Assembly (NCBI GenBank): GCA_016187515.1
Contig: JACPJN010000007.1
Location: 68,046 to 132,045, forward strand
Reading direction: 5' to 3'
DNA: 64,000 bases
DNA from: Candidatus Uhrbacteria bacterium
GTDB taxonomy: Bacteria > Patescibacteriota > Patescibacteriia > GWA2-47-26
The first letter of the stretch is position 1, and each line of letters begins with the position of its first letter. Under the pieces are notes generated by a model that did not search any database, was not told the DNA's origin, and saw nothing but the letters and a program-made list of their open reading frames with translations. Below, one piece after another: positions 44,816-54,782 of the stretch. Position numbers and translations under genes: made by a program.

Positions 44816-45370
44816 TTAGGCGCCCGCGCCGGCGGTCTTCGCGGCCTTACCGGCCTTTCTTCTGATCACCTCGCCGGCATACTTAATACCCTTGCCTTTA
44901 TAGGGTTCCGGCTTGCGAATCGCGCGAACTCTAGCGGCAAAGGCGCCCACGCGCGCTTTGTCAAAACTCCCCAGATTAATTGTACTCTTTTCCACCGTAC
45001 AAGTAACGCCCTCGGGGATATCCAGCTCCACCGGATGAGAAAAGCCCGCCTCGACGATAAGCTTTTTTCCCTGCACGGAAGCGCGATATCCGACTCCCAC
45101 CATTTCAAGTTTTTTCTCAAACGGAGTAAACACTCCTTGCACTAAATTGGCCAGCAGCGCCCGATGCAGTCCCCAAAGCGCGCGTTCGGCTTTTACCTGC
45201 GGATTCTTTACCGAAACCGCCAGTAATCCTTTTTCCTGGATTACCTGAACCGCCGGGTGAATTTTAAGCTGATTTTCTCCCTGGGGGCCCTTGGCCGCGA
45301 TAATATCGCCGGCAATCACTACACTGACTCCGGACGGAATTGGGATTGGTTTTTTTCCAATGCGCGACAT
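44816..45370 (-). CDS. rplF: 50S ribosomal protein L6
   Basis: MSRIGKKPIPIPSGV. Confidence 0.9.
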   Translation of the reverse strand: MSRIGKKPIPIPSGVSVVIAGDIIAAKGPQGENQLKIHPAVQVIQEKGLLAVSVKNPQVKAERALWGLHRALLANLVQGVFTPFEKKLEMVGVGYRASVQGKKLIVEAGFSHPVELDIPEGVTCTVEKSTINLGSFDKARVGAFAARVRAIRKPEPYKGKGIKYAGEVIRRKAGKAAKTAGAGA

Positions 45371-45374
45371 AATT

Positions 45375-45451
45375 TTAGTCGTCAGTCATCAGTTCACGGT
45401 TCACAGTACCGATCGATACTGTTGACTGTGAACTGACGTCTGTGAACTCAA
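45375..45451. repeat. Family-4 palindromic word-repeat
   Basis: gtcgtcagtcatcagttcacggttcacagtaccgatcgatactgttgactgtgaactgacgtctgtgaact. Confidence 0.8.
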
Positions 45452-45853
45452 TTAATAAATCTCACAGATAATCTCTCCGCCCAACTTTCTCTTGATGGCT
45501 TCTTTATCCGTCATTAATCCTTGCGGGGTCGATACAATTCTAAATCCGCGCACCACGCCGCTTTTCTTGAGATCAGCATGTCCCATGTAGATTCTGCTGC
45601 CCGGCTTTGAAATTCTTTTTAAAATATGGATCGCGTTTTTCTTACCCTCGCCGTATTTAAGGACGACCTGAAGATCGTCAAAGCTGCCTATCCGGGAGCG
45701 TACTTTCTCCGCCGACAAAATATAGCCCTCTTTAAGCAAGATCTCGGCAATCGCGAACTTGATCTTGGAGTACGGCAAACTTACCTCGGTCTTCCTGGCC
45801 AGCGAGGCGTTACGGATACGGGTGAGCATGTCAGCGATAGGATCAGTCATCAT
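45452..45853 (-). CDS. rpsH: 30S ribosomal protein S8
   Basis: MTDPIADMLTRIRNA. Confidence 0.9.
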   Translation of the reverse strand: MMTDPIADMLTRIRNASLARKTEVSLPYSKIKFAIAEILLKEGYILSAEKVRSRIGSFDDLQVVLKYGEGKKNAIHILKRISKPGSRIYMGHADLKKSGVVRGFRIVSTPQGLMTDKEAIKRKLGGEIICEIY

Positions 45854-45865
45854 AGGTTGAGGAAA

Positions 45866-45945
45866 TGAGTTATTGGGTTATTGAGTTATTCGTATCGTTT
45901 CAGCGTACTTAATAACCTAATAACTTAATAACTCTTAACTAATAT
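45866..45945. repeat. Family-3 palindromic word-repeat
   Basis: gagttattgggttattgagttattcgtatcgtttcagcgtacttaataacctaataacttaataact. Confidence 0.8.
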
Positions 45946-45946
45946 T

Positions 45947-46132
45947 TTACCAACTACTCTTCCTTATCCCCGGAATCTGCCCAACGCTGGCCAGTTCCCG
46001 AAAACAAATTCTGCATAAATCAAAATCTCGGATATATCCGCGCTTGCGCCCGCATCTCCAACACCTCCGCACGTTACGGGTGCTGAATTTTGGATTCCGT
46101 TTAGATTTTTCGATTTGCGCTGAAGTAGCCAT
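45947..46132 (-). CDS. rpsZ: 30S ribosomal protein S14, type Z (zinc-binding)
   Basis: [32 protein letters not shown]. Confidence 0.85.
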   Translation of the reverse strand: MATSAQIEKSKRNPKFSTRNVRRCWRCGRKRGYIRDFDLCRICFRELASVGQIPGIRKSSW

Positions 46133-46179
46133 ACAACCACTCACGAATATTTGTGGGCTATTCGTAAACCATTGGTGCG

Positions 46180-46719
46180 TTATTTGTTACTTTCACGAAA
46201 CGGGAAGCCCATTAATTTAAGCAAAGCCAGTCCTTCTTCCCGCTTTTTGGCCGTAGTAACTACGGTGACTTCCAGGCCATGCTGATGCTCGAGTTCTCCG
46301 GCTTTAACTTCGGGAAAAGCCACCGCCTCGCGAAATCCGATCGAAAAACTTCCGCGGCGGTCAACCATTTTTGAATCCAGACCGCGGAAATCGCGGACCC
46401 GCGGCAGAGTGAGGCGCACGAATTTTTCCAGAAAATCATACATCCGCTTGCCGCGCAGCGTAACCTTAAATCCGACCGTCTGACCTTTGCGAACCTTAAA
46501 ATTGGAAATGGACTTTTTTGCCGGACGCGCGACCGGGTTCTGCCCGGCAATAGTACGCAAGGTTTCACTCATTACTTGCAGGGCCTTTTGTTCTTTAACC
46601 CCGGACGGAACTCCAATATTAAGCACCACCTTGACAATTTTTGGCACGGCCATCACGTTTTTATATCCAAAGCGCTCCTTCAATACCGAGACGACTTGGG
46701 TGCGATAGTGTTCTTGCAT
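46180..46719 (-). CDS. rplE: 50S ribosomal protein L5
   Basis: [36 protein letters not shown]. Confidence 0.9.
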   Translation of the reverse strand: MQEHYRTQVVSVLKERFGYKNVMAVPKIVKVVLNIGVPSGVKEQKALQVMSETLRTIAGQNPVARPAKKSISNFKVRKGQTVGFKVTLRGKRMYDFLEKFVRLTLPRVRDFRGLDSKMVDRRGSFSIGFREAVAFPEVKAGELEHQHGLEVTVVTTAKKREEGLALLKLMGFPFRESNK

Positions 46720-46736
46720 AGACATAGACATACTGA

Positions 46737-47048
46737 TCAATCAATGATCGTGCGGCATTTTTTACAAACGCGGCGCTTTTTTTCTCCCGCTTTCATCACG
46801 TATCCTACTCGCGTGGTTTTACCGCACTTCGGACAGACCAGCGCCACTTTTGAGGACGGCAGCGGAGCGGGAAACTCCACTACTTGACCCTGTTGTCCTT
46901 GTTTGCGGGGACGAGTGTGCTTTTTGTGCAGATTAACCCCTTCCACCGTGACTGTTCCATTTTGAAGAAATACATTTAACACTTTCCCGGTTTTACCCTT
47001 CGAGGTTCCGGTTAGTATTTTTACAATGTCTCCTTTTTTAATCTTCAT
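46737..47048 (-). CDS. rplX: 50S ribosomal protein L24 with a C-terminal CxxC...CxxC zinc-ribbon-like tail
   Basis: MKIKKGDIVKILTGTSKGKTGKV ... CPKCGKTTRVGYVMKAGEKKRRVCKKCRTI. The track start at 47156 is read-through into the repeat. Confidence 0.85.
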   Translation of the reverse strand: MKIKKGDIVKILTGTSKGKTGKVLNVFLQNGTVTVEGVNLHKKHTRPRKQGQQGQVVEFPAPLPSSKVALVCPKCGKTTRVGYVMKAGEKKRRVCKKCRTIID

Positions 47049-47051
47049 ATT

Positions 47052-47128
47052 GAAGTCGTCAGTCATCAGTTCACGGTTCACAGTACCGCTCGATACTGTC
47101 GACTGTGCACTGACGTCTGTGAACTCGT
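47052..47128. repeat. Family-4 palindromic word-repeat
   Basis: gaagtcgtcagtcatcagttcacggttcacagtaccgctcgatactgtcgactgtgcactgacgtctgtgaact. Confidence 0.8.
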
Positions 47129-47499
47129 TATAGCAGTTCCGGAGCGAGCGAAACAATCTTCTGAAACCCTTTGGCTTTCAGTTCGCGCGCGACCGGTCCG
47201 AAGATGCGCGTGCCTTTGGGTTCCTTGCTCTTTTTATCCACGATTACCGCCGCGTTGTCATCAAATCTGATATAGGTACCATCCTCGCGCCGAGATTCTT
47301 TCCTGGTTCGGACCAGGACGGCGTGGACTACATCGCCCTTTTTAATTTGACTATGCGGAATCGCCTCTTTCACCGCGCAAGTGATGATATCTCCAATTCG
47401 CGCGTAACGCTTTTGGTATCCGCCAAGGACGCGAATACACTGGAGCTTTTTAGCGCCAGTATTGTCCGCCGGTACTAACATTGAGCGATGTTGAATCAT
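47128..47499 (-). CDS. rplN: 50S ribosomal protein L14
   Basis: [27 protein letters not shown]. Confidence 0.9.
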   Translation of the reverse strand: MIQHRSMLVPADNTGAKKLQCIRVLGGYQKRYARIGDIITCAVKEAIPHSQIKKGDVVHAVLVRTRKESRREDGTYIRFDDNAAVIVDKKSKEPKGTRIFGPVARELKAKGFQKIVSLAPELL

Positions 47500-47514
47500 A
47501 TTTTAATAACTAAT

Positions 47515-47590
47515 TGCTCGCGAATGTTTACAAATGGCCCACCAATATTCGTGAGTTATTCGTAATTTATTCGTGAGTGATTCGTGTCAG
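47515..47590. repeat. Family-5 word-repeat (ATTCGTGAGT words); overlaps the rpsQ stop
   Basis: tgctcgcgaatgtttac...attcgtgagttattcgtaatttattcgtgagtgattcgtg. Confidence 0.65.
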
Positions 47591-47806
47591 AACCCGCCAG
47601 CGCTTATCTTTCGAAATTGGCCGAGTTTCTTCAATAATTACCTGATCACCCGCATGATATTCGCCTTTTTCGTCATGGACTTTGAATTTTGTGCTGACCC
47701 GATACCGCTTCTTGTATTTCGGGTGAATTTTCATCCGCTCAACTTTAACCACCACGGTTTTTTGCATTTTATCGGAAACAATCGTGCCTTGCAGTCGCCG
47801 CCTCAT
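47567..47806 (-). CDS. rpsQ: 30S ribosomal protein S17
   Basis: GTIVSDKMQKTVVVKVERMKIHPKYKKR. Confidence 0.9.
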   Translation of the reverse strand: MRRRLQGTIVSDKMQKTVVVKVERMKIHPKYKKRYRVSTKFKVHDEKGEYHAGDQVIIEETRPISKDKRWRVLTRITHE

Positions 47807-47808
47807 AT

Positions 47809-47994
47809 TTATTTTGACGGTTTATCAATAGTTAAAATGCGCGCAACGGTCTTTTTGGTCTCGCGTATTTCGCGGATATTCTTAAGCTCTCTCCGAGCCG
47901 CCTTAAAACGCAACTCCCGCATTTTATCCTTCAGTTCTTGAAAGAGTTTTTGCCGCTCTTTTTCTCCCAGTTGACGCAATTCCTTAATGGTCAT
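47809..47994 (-). CDS. rpmC: 50S ribosomal protein L29
   Basis: MTIKELRQLGEKERQKLFQELKDKMRELRFK. Confidence 0.85.
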   Translation of the reverse strand: MTIKELRQLGEKERQKLFQELKDKMRELRFKAARRELKNIREIRETKKTVARILTIDKPSK

Positions 47995-48000
47995 ATCTTG

Positions 48001-48086
48001 GGTTATGAGTTATTGGGTTATTGAGTTATTCGTATTGATTGGCCGTACTTAATAACCTAATAACTTAATAACTCTTAACTCTTATT
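48001..48086. repeat. Family-3 palindromic word-repeat
   Basis: ggttatgagttattgggttattgagttattcgtattgattggccgtacttaataacctaataacttaataact. Confidence 0.8.
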
Positions 48087-48488
48087 CACAATTATCGCTT
48101 TTACCGGCAATTTGTGACCAGCTAGCCGCAGGGCCTCGCGCGCGGAAGCGCTATCAACTCCATCAATCTCAAAGAGGATTGCCCCGGGCTTGACCGGAGC
48201 CACATAATGGTCAACCGCTCCCTTGCCTGAACCCATGGGAATATCAATGCCTTTGGTCGTGCGGGCTTTGTCCGGAAAAATGCGAATCCAGATTTTTCCG
48301 CCTTTTTTGGTATAACGGGTGAGCACTTTACGCGCCGCTTCAATCTGGCGGGAGGTAATCCAGCCGATCTCCGTGGTTTTCAGTCCGAAGGATCCAAAAC
48401 CAAGCTCCACCCGCCGAGTCGCAATGCCGGTACGCGCCCGCCGGCCTTTGTGCCATTTACGATGTTTGACTTTTTTGGGTAAAAGCAT
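48075..48488 (-). CDS. rplP: 50S ribosomal protein L16
   Basis: [16 protein letters not shown]. Confidence 0.9.
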   Translation of the reverse strand: MLLPKKVKHRKWHKGRRARTGIATRRVELGFGSFGLKTTEIGWITSRQIEAARKVLTRYTKKGGKIWIRIFPDKARTTKGIDIPMGSGKGAVDHYVAPVKPGAILFEIDGVDSASAREALRLAGHKLPVKAIIVNKS

Positions 48489-48497
48489 ATTGTGTTG

Positions 48498-48560
48498 GGT
48501 AAATCAGGCGAGGCAGGTGAATCAAGCTCTTGATTTACTTGATTTACTTGATTTACTTGC
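48498..48560. repeat. Family-2 palindromic word-repeat
   Basis: gggtaaatcaggcgaggcaggtgaatcaagctcttgatttacttgatttacttgatttac. Confidence 0.8.
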
Positions 48561-49197
48561 GATCCTTCTCAAATATCTCCCCCCGATACACCCAAACCTT
48601 AATCCCGATCTTGCCGTAGATCGTCTGGGCTTCTCCGAAGGAATAATCAATATCCGCGCGAAGATTCTGCAGGGGAATTGAACCAAAGGAAACGGTCTCA
48701 TCGCGGGCAATTTCCGCGCCATTCAGCCGCCCGGAAACGGTAATCTTGGCGCCCAGCGCTCCGGCCTTGGAAATACGCTCCAGGGACTGCTTAATCGAAG
48801 TCCGAAACGGAATTCTTTTTTCCAGATCAAGTTTAATGCCTTCCGCCACTACCGCTCCGTGCAAAGACGGCTTGTCGATCTCTTGGATGTTAATGGTCAG
48901 CGTGGTCAGCGTTTTAAACTTCGACTTGAGCTTGCGCTTCAGCTCCTCGATCTGCGCCCCGCCGCGGCCGATAATCAGGCCCGGCTTGGCGGCAAAAATC
49001 GTGGCCACTGCTCCGGAACTGGAGCGTTCAATCTCTATTTTAACCACCCCGGCCCCGACCAATGATTTTAGGATAAAATCGCGCATCAGCACGTCATCTT
49101 TAAGATAGCCCCGCATATTCTTACGGGAGAACCATTTGGATGGCCAGGTATAAATATTGCCGATTCGGAAGGCGAAAGGATGGACTTTTTGACCCAT
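48553..49197 (-). CDS. rpsC: 30S ribosomal protein S3
   Basis: MGQKVHPFAFRIGNIYTWPSKWF. Confidence 0.9.
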   Translation of the reverse strand: MGQKVHPFAFRIGNIYTWPSKWFSRKNMRGYLKDDVLMRDFILKSLVGAGVVKIEIERSSSGAVATIFAAKPGLIIGRGGAQIEELKRKLKSKFKTLTTLTINIQEIDKPSLHGAVVAEGIKLDLEKRIPFRTSIKQSLERISKAGALGAKITVSGRLNGAEIARDETVSFGSIPLQNLRADIDYSFGEAQTIYGKIGIKVWVYRGEIFEKDRK

Positions 49198-49203
49198 GTT
49201 TTT

Positions 49204-49297
49204 GTAGTTATTAGGTTATGAGTTATTGGGTTATTAAGTTATTCGTATTGATTTCGACGCATTTAATAACCTAATAACTTAATAACTATTAACTCTT
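49204..49297. repeat. Family-3 palindromic word-repeat
   Basis: gtagttattaggttatgagttattgggttattaagttattcgtattgatttcgacgcatttaataacctaataacttaataact. Confidence 0.8.
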
Positions 49298-49621
49298 TTC
49301 TGTCAATACGATTGTTATATGGCTGGTTCGTTTGCGAATCGGAGCGGCGCGTCCCATCGCTCTGGCTCTAAAACGTTTAAGCGTTGGACCGGGATCAACA
49401 GTAATCTTCTGGATATACAATTTTTCCGGATTCATTTTTTTCCCTTCCGCGTTGGCTCTTGCGGATTGAAGAAGTTTTAAGAGCGGCCCTTTGGCGGCCT
49501 TGGTAACCACCTGCAGCTGAAGTAAGGCCTGCGCTAATGATTTTCCCCGCACCAAATCCGCAAGCAGGCGAATCTTGCGCGGTGACATTCGGATGAATCT
49601 TGCGGTGGCTTTTGCTTCCAT
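49289..49621 (-). CDS. rplV: 50S ribosomal protein L22
   Basis: MEAKATARFIRMSPRKIRLLADLVRGK. Confidence 0.9.
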   Translation of the reverse strand: MEAKATARFIRMSPRKIRLLADLVRGKSLAQALLQLQVVTKAAKGPLLKLLQSARANAEGKKMNPEKLYIQKITVDPGPTLKRFRARAMGRAAPIRKRTSHITIVLTEKS

Positions 49622-49627
49622 ACAATC

Positions 49628-49708
49628 GAGTCGTCAGTCATCAGTTCACGGTTCACAGTACGATCGGAATCAATACTGTCGACTGTGAACTGACGTCGGT
49701 GAACTACT
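49628..49708. repeat. Family-4 palindromic word-repeat
   Basis: gagtcgtcagtcatcagttcacggttcacagtacgatcggaatcaatactgtcgactgtgaactgacgtcggtgaact. Confidence 0.8.
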
Positions 49709-50039
49709 TCTTAGTTTCCGTCTTCGCCGCCTCGGTCTGCGCTTTGGCGGCCTCCGCCGCTTTGGTCTCCAGCTCGCGCTGCATCTTACCGCCGTGTCTG
49801 ACGAATTTACGCGTCAGCGCGAACTCTCCAAGCTTGTGTCCCACCATATCTTCAACGATAAAGACGGGAAGGTGATTTCTGCCATTATGCACGCCGATGG
49901 TAAACCCAACCATTTCCGGAGCGACTGTCGAGTCGCGCGACCAGGTTTTAATGACAGTTTTATCGCCCGGCCGCAGACGGCGAACTTTATTCAGCAATTT
50001 CTCATCAACAAACGGGCCTTTTTTTAAACTTCGCGACAT
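49704..50039 (-). CDS. rpsS: 30S ribosomal protein S19 with a Lys/Ala/Glu-rich C-terminal tail
   Basis: [16 protein letters not shown]. The track start at 50087 is read-through into the family-2 repeat. Confidence 0.9.
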   Translation of the reverse strand: MSRSLKKGPFVDEKLLNKVRRLRPGDKTVIKTWSRDSTVAPEMVGFTIGVHNGRNHLPVFIVEDMVGHKLGEFALTRKFVRHGGKMQRELETKAAEAAKAQTEAAKTETKK

Positions 50040-50050
50040 ATTGTGTGTCG

Positions 50051-50128
50051 GGTAAATCAAGTAAATCAGGCGAGGCAAGTGAATCAAGCGCTTGATTTAC
50101 CTGATTTACTTGCTTCACTTGATTTACC
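50051..50128. repeat. Family-2 palindromic word-repeat
   Basis: ggtaaatcaagtaaatcaggcgaggcaagtgaatcaagcgcttgatttacctgatttacttgcttcacttgatttac. Confidence 0.8.
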
Positions 50129-50954
50129 GTCGTCTTTTTATAATTAAACTGTCAGACCATTTCTCGCGTTTGCGGGTTTTGACTCCCAAGGCCGGCTTGC
50201 CCCACGGAGTTTTTGGACGAGTCAAGCCGATCGGATTATGACCTTCTCCGCCGCCGTGGGGGTGATCGACCGGATTCATGGCCTTACCGCGCACCGTCGG
50301 CCGGCGTCCTTTGTGGCGCATCCGGCCGGCTTTTCCCCAGCGAATAAGCCGCCGATCCGGATTGGAGACCTGTCCCAGGGTCGCCGAGGCGTCTTGCGAA
50401 ACCTTGCGCACTTCCCCGGAAGGGAGCTGAACTTGCGCGTAACCATTTTCCAGAGCCAGCAGTACCGCGCTTTCTCCCGCGCTGCGAACCAGAATGCCCC
50501 GGGTGGCCGGCTCCAGTTCAATGCTAAAGATCGGCTGACCAACCGGAATGTATTTCAACGGCATGCGGTTGCCCGGTTTTGGCTCGACCGGCTTTCGCGA
50601 GGAAATCACGGCCGCTCCGACTTTAAGACCGTTGGGCGCGACAATATACCGGCGCTCGCCATCTGCGTATTTAATAAGCGCAATCCGCGCGCTGCGGTAG
50701 GGGTCATATTCAATGGCCTCCACCACGGCGGGAAGATCGTACCGATCCTGCTTAAAATCAATCAAACGATAATAGCGCTTGGCTCCGCCGACCCGATGGC
50801 GCACCGTGACTTTTCCTTGGATATTGCGGCCGGCGTGAGTGGGGAGCATGACGGTAAGCGATTTCTCCGGTTCATGCTTGGTAATATCTTCAAAGGCATC
50901 CACGCTGATATTGCGGCGTCCGGAACTGGTAGGTTTTAGAATTCGGATTGGCAT
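50124..50954 (-). CDS. rplB: 50S ribosomal protein L2
   Basis: [14 protein letters not shown]. Confidence 0.9.
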   Translation of the reverse strand: MPIRILKPTSSGRRNISVDAFEDITKHEPEKSLTVMLPTHAGRNIQGKVTVRHRVGGAKRYYRLIDFKQDRYDLPAVVEAIEYDPYRSARIALIKYADGERRYIVAPNGLKVGAAVISSRKPVEPKPGNRMPLKYIPVGQPIFSIELEPATRGILVRSAGESAVLLALENGYAQVQLPSGEVRKVSQDASATLGQVSNPDRRLIRWGKAGRMRHKGRRPTVRGKAMNPVDHPHGGGEGHNPIGLTRPKTPWGKPALGVKTRKREKWSDSLIIKRRR

Positions 50955-50958
50955 ATAT

Positions 50959-51040
50959 TGAGTCATCAGTCATCAGTTCACGGTTCACAGTATTGTTGGA
51001 CTCAATGCTGTTGACTGTGAACTGACGTCTGTGAACTATT
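50959..51040. repeat. Family-4 palindromic word-repeat
   Basis: tgagtcatcagtcatcagttcacggttcacagtattgttggactcaatgctgttgactgtgaactgacgtctgtgaact. Confidence 0.8.
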
Positions 51041-51461
51041 TCTTGTACACATCAATGGTTTTCCCGGCTGGTAAAGCCACCACGGCCTTTTTCCAATCCT
51101 TGGTCTGGCCTCCGGACCGGCCGAAACGCACCAGTTTACCGGCCATCCGGGTCATATTTACCGCCGTCGGCTTTATCCCGAACAGTTCCTCCACCGCTTT
51201 CATTACTTCGCCTTTGGAGGATGAAATTCCCACTTCAAAGATATACTGGCCGGACGCTTGCAGCAGGGAGGACTTTTCGGAAACATGCGGACGCAGCAGG
51301 ACGTGCGCGTATCGGCCGGCGCCCTGCGGCGCAGAGCTTAGGGCGGGAAGCGGAGAGCTTTTAGCCGCTACCGCTTGCGCTTTGCTCGCCGCGCTTTGCT
51401 CGCCGCGCTTTGCCCCAAAGGGCTTCTTTTTCCAACGAAATAATTTATCAAGAAAGGCCAT
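51036..51461 (-). CDS. rplW: 50S ribosomal protein L23 with an N-terminal extension of about 45 aa containing a 14-nt x3 tandem repeat
   Basis: HVLLRPHVSEKSS ... the L23 core. Repeat cgctttgctcgccg at 51375-51416. Confidence 0.85.
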   Translation of the reverse strand: MAFLDKLFRWKKKPFGAKRGEQSAASKAQAVAAKSSPLPALSSAPQGAGRYAHVLLRPHVSEKSSLLQASGQYIFEVGISSSKGEVMKAVEELFGIKPTAVNMTRMAGKLVRFGRSGGQTKDWKKAVVALPAGKTIDVYKK

Positions 51462-51466
51462 ATATT

Positions 51467-51540
51467 GAGTCGTCAGTCATCAGTCCACGGTTCACAGTAC
51501 CGATCGATACTGTCGACTGTGAACTGACGTCTGTGAACTA
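51467..51540. repeat. Family-4 palindromic word-repeat
   Basis: gagtcgtcagtcatcagtccacggttcacagtaccgatcgatactgtcgactgtgaactgacgtctgtgaact. Confidence 0.8.
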
Positions 51541-52167
51541 TCGTGCGTATATCTTCTCCATTTCCTTAACTCCTTCCACCGTGGTAATCAGATTTTGATG
51601 CCTTAAAATATCCACGACATTAAAGCTGCCAACCCACATCGCCGTCACACCCCGGGCATTGGCCGCCAGATGTCCCACCTCTTTTAGCGCGGAGGGCAGC
51701 GCGAGAATGGTTTTTCCGCGCTTAAGCGGCAGCTTATTCAATATCTCCATAACCGCTTTGGTTTTTTTCAGCGCCGGAGTCAAATTTTCAAGCACCAGGA
51801 ACTGCTGTCCGAAAACCTTATCGGAAAGAGCCATCGCGAGCGCGGCTCGCCTGACCTTGCGGTTGACTTTTTGCTTAAAATTACGATTGGAGCGGGGACC
51901 AAAAGTAATGCCTCCGCCGCGCCAGAGCGGTGAACGGATTGAGCCATGACGAGCGCGACCCGTGCCTTTCTGCTTCCAAGGTTTTTTACCTCCGCCGCGC
52001 ACTTCTCCGCGTTTTTTGGTATGCGCAATACTGACTCGCGCGTTAGCTTGCTGGGCAACGACGGCTTGGTGCAGCACCGCCGCCTTTGGTTTTACTCCAA
52101 ACAACGCCTGGCTTACCTCAAGCGTGCTTACTTTTTGACCTTGCTGGTTGTAAACGGGTAATTGCAT
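51538..52167 (-). CDS. rplD: 50S ribosomal protein L4
   Basis: MQLPVYNQQGQKVSTLEVSQALFG. The track start at 52209 is read-through into the family-6 repeat. Confidence 0.9.
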   Translation of the reverse strand: MQLPVYNQQGQKVSTLEVSQALFGVKPKAAVLHQAVVAQQANARVSIAHTKKRGEVRGGGKKPWKQKGTGRARHGSIRSPLWRGGGITFGPRSNRNFKQKVNRKVRRAALAMALSDKVFGQQFLVLENLTPALKKTKAVMEILNKLPLKRGKTILALPSALKEVGHLAANARGVTAMWVGSFNVVDILRHQNLITTVEGVKEMEKIYAR

Positions 52168-52169
52168 AT

Positions 52170-52242
52170 GCGGGATACTGATGGCCACGGATTTTTTACG
52201 GATGGCCAACGGATCACGGATCCGTGATCTTGTGGCTATCCA
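52170..52242. repeat. Family-6 palindromic repeat
   Basis: gatggccacggattttttacggatggccaacggatcacggatccgtgatcttgtggctatcc. Confidence 0.8.
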
Positions 52243-52838
52243 GTTATTACGACCAACCCTCCCCTCGCGCCCGGAATCGCCCCTTTGATCAGCAACTGAT
52301 TTTTATCTTTATCAACTTCCATAATTTGGAGATTCGCGACGGTAACATTTCCTCCGCCCATGCGTCCGGCCATCCGCTGTCCTTTACGCACATGCTGCAC
52401 GCCTCCGGCGCCGATTGATCCCGGCATCCGGAGCTGATCCTTGTGGCCGTGGGTCGCCGGACTGCCATGAAAGCCATGGCGTTTAACCACGCCTTGAAAC
52501 CCTTTCCCTTTGGAGACACCGGTCACCTTAACTTTGTCACCTGGCGCAAACATACTGACATCCAACACATCGCCGCGCTTGACTTCTGCATCGTGAATCA
52601 TGATCTCGCGAAGCCACCTTAACTGCGGCAACTCTTTCAAGTGTCCGCGCAGCGGTTTAGTGAGCTGCTTTTTTAGACCGCTACCAAGCTGAACCGCTTC
52701 GTAGCCGTCCTTATCTTTGGTCTTGACCTGGGTGATGTAGCAAGGCCCGGCCTGAACAATAGTTACCGGCACTACGCGGCCCTTTTCGTCCCACACCTGG
52801 GTCATGGATAATTTTTTTCCGAGGATGCACTTCACCAT
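52236..52838 (-). CDS. rplC: 50S ribosomal protein L3
   Basis: GILGKKLSMTQVWDEKGRVVPVTIVQAGPC. Confidence 0.9.
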   Translation of the reverse strand: MVKCILGKKLSMTQVWDEKGRVVPVTIVQAGPCYITQVKTKDKDGYEAVQLGSGLKKQLTKPLRGHLKELPQLRWLREIMIHDAEVKRGDVLDVSMFAPGDKVKVTGVSKGKGFQGVVKRHGFHGSPATHGHKDQLRMPGSIGAGGVQHVRKGQRMAGRMGGGNVTVANLQIMEVDKDKNQLLIKGAIPGARGGLVVITG

Positions 52839-53007
52839 AAAGCAAAAGCCAGAAACCCGCCGGATACGAGTTTCTAGCCCTTAATTACACAAAGGCCCGC
52901 TATTTTCTTGATCTCAAGTTACGCGATACGCTTTACTTTCTATGCTTCCGGCAGGTTGCGGATGTTTTCTTGAAGATCTTATCCGCCCCATTTTGAAGCA
53001 TGGTTCG

Positions 53008-53062
53008 ATTTTTCATTCGTGAGTCATTCGTAAACATTCGCGAACGATTCGTGTATACTTAC
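53008..53062. repeat. Family-5 word-repeat (CATTCGT words)
   Basis: ttttcattcgtgagtcattcgtaaacattcgcgaacgattcgtg. Confidence 0.6.
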
Positions 53063-53421
53063 ATCTTGATCTCCACGTCCACTCCGGCCGGCAGATTCAA
53101 ACTGGTCAGCGCTTCGATGGTGCGCGGCGTGGGATCAACAATATCCAGGAGTCGTTTATGGATGCGCATCTCGTACTGTTCCCGGCTATCCTTGTGCACA
53201 AACGTGGCGCGATTTACCGTATACTTGCGCTTCTCGGTCGGAAGCGGAACCGGCCCGTGAATGGCGGCGCCGGTACGCAAGGCGGTATCCATAATGGTGC
53301 GCGCTGATTGATCAATGATCTTATGATCATAAGCGCGAATCCGGATGCGAATCCGCTGATGCGTCTCTTCCTGGCTTTTTTTGGCGCTTGGACTTTGAGG
53401 ATGGTGATGAGCTTCGGTCAT
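53059..53421 (-). CDS. rpsJ: 30S ribosomal protein S10 with a His-rich N-terminal extension of about 20 aa
   Basis: [26 protein letters not shown]. Confidence 0.9.
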   Translation of the reverse strand: MTEAHHHPQSPSAKKSQEETHQRIRIRIRAYDHKIIDQSARTIMDTALRTGAAIHGPVPLPTEKRKYTVNRATFVHKDSREQYEMRIHKRLLDIVDPTPRTIEALTSLNLPAGVDVEIKM

Positions 53422-53434
53422 GAAAGAACAAGGT

Positions 53435-53497
53435 TTAGTTATTGAGTTATTAAGTTATTATTTACTCAATAACCCAATAACTCATAACTTAATAACT
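53435..53497. repeat. Family-3 palindromic word-repeat
   Basis: ttagttattgagttattaagttattatttactcaataacccaataactcataacttaataact. Confidence 0.8.
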
Positions 53498-54690
53498 CAC
53501 TTTATAATTTTCGTCACCACCCCGGCGCCCACGGTTTTACCGCCCTCACGGATCGCAAACCGCTGCTTCTCTTCCAGCGCCACCGGGGAGATAAGTTTGA
53601 TTTTAAGCGCTACCGTATCGCCCGGCATGACCATTTCCACTCCGGCCGGAAGCTCCGTAATGTCTCCGGTGACGTCCGTAGTGCGAATGTAGAACTGCGG
53701 CTTGTATCCTTTGAAGAACGGCTTATGCCTTCCGCCTTCTTCTTTGGTCAAACAATACACTTCCGCCTCGACTTCCGTATGCGGGGTAATCGAACCCGGC
53801 TTGGCGAGCACCATCCCGCGCTCCACTTCTTCTTTTTTGGTGCCGCGCAGCAAGATTCCGGCATTGTCCCCGGCGCGCCCTTCGTCCAATTGTTTGTTAA
53901 ACATCTCAATACCGGTTACGACGGTCTTGCGCGTGTCTCCCAAACCCACAATCTCGATTTCCTCGTTGATCTTAACCTGGCCGCGTTCAATACGGCCGGT
54001 TACGACCGTACCGCGGCCTTCAATGGAAAAGATATCCTCAATCGGCATCAGGAAGGGCTTGGCGACATCGCGCACCGGTTCAGGAATATATTCATCCAGG
54101 ATTTTGACCAACTCCAAAAGCGGTTTAGCGGACTCTTCATCCTTGGGATTCTGCAGGGCTTTGAGCGCTGAACCGCGAATAATCGGGGTGGTGTCCCCGG
54201 GAAAATCGTATTTTTTAAGCAGTTCGCGAACCTCTTCTTCCACCAGATCAATCAGCTCCTTATCTTCCACTTGATCAACTTTATTCAAAAATACCACAAT
54301 AAAAGGCACGCCGACTTGACGGGCCAGCAAAATGTGTTCGCGGGTTTGCGGCATCGGGCCGTCGGCGGCGGAAACCACCAAAATCGCGCCATCCATCTGG
54401 GCCGCGCCGGTAATCATGTTTTTTACATAATCCGCGTGCCCGGGACAGTCCACGTGAGCGTAGTGGCGCTTGTCCGATTCATACTCCACATGAGCAGTGG
54501 CAATCGTAATTCCGCGCGCCTTTTCTTCCGGCGCGTTATCAATTTGATCCACTGATTTATCCTGCGCTTTCATGCCATGCGCGCGCAGCACGTTTAAAAG
54601 CGACGCCGTCAAAGTCGTCTTGCCATGGTCAACGTGGCCAATGGTGCCCACGTTAATATGTGGTTTAGTGCGCTCAAATTTCTCGGCCAT
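53497..54690 (-). CDS. tuf: Elongation factor Tu
   Basis: [29 protein letters not shown]. Confidence 0.97.
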   Translation of the reverse strand: MAEKFERTKPHINVGTIGHVDHGKTTLTASLLNVLRAHGMKAQDKSVDQIDNAPEEKARGITIATAHVEYESDKRHYAHVDCPGHADYVKNMITGAAQMDGAILVVSAADGPMPQTREHILLARQVGVPFIVVFLNKVDQVEDKELIDLVEEEVRELLKKYDFPGDTTPIIRGSALKALQNPKDEESAKPLLELVKILDEYIPEPVRDVAKPFLMPIEDIFSIEGRGTVVTGRIERGQVKINEEIEIVGLGDTRKTVVTGIEMFNKQLDEGRAGDNAGILLRGTKKEEVERGMVLAKPGSITPHTEVEAEVYCLTKEEGGRHKPFFKGYKPQFYIRTTDVTGDITELPAGVEMVMPGDTVALKIKLISPVALEEKQRFAIREGGKTVGAGVVTKIIK

Positions 54691-54698
54691 ACTTTTTT

Positions 54699-54782
54699 AG
54701 TGAGTGATTGAGTTATTAAGTTATTGAGTTATTAAGGCATGAAAAACCTAATAACCTAATAACTCAATAACTTAATAACTAC
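54699..54782. repeat. Family-3 palindromic word-repeat
   Basis: agtgagtgattgagttattaagttattgagttattaaggcatgaaaaacctaataacctaataactcaataacttaataact. Confidence 0.8.
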
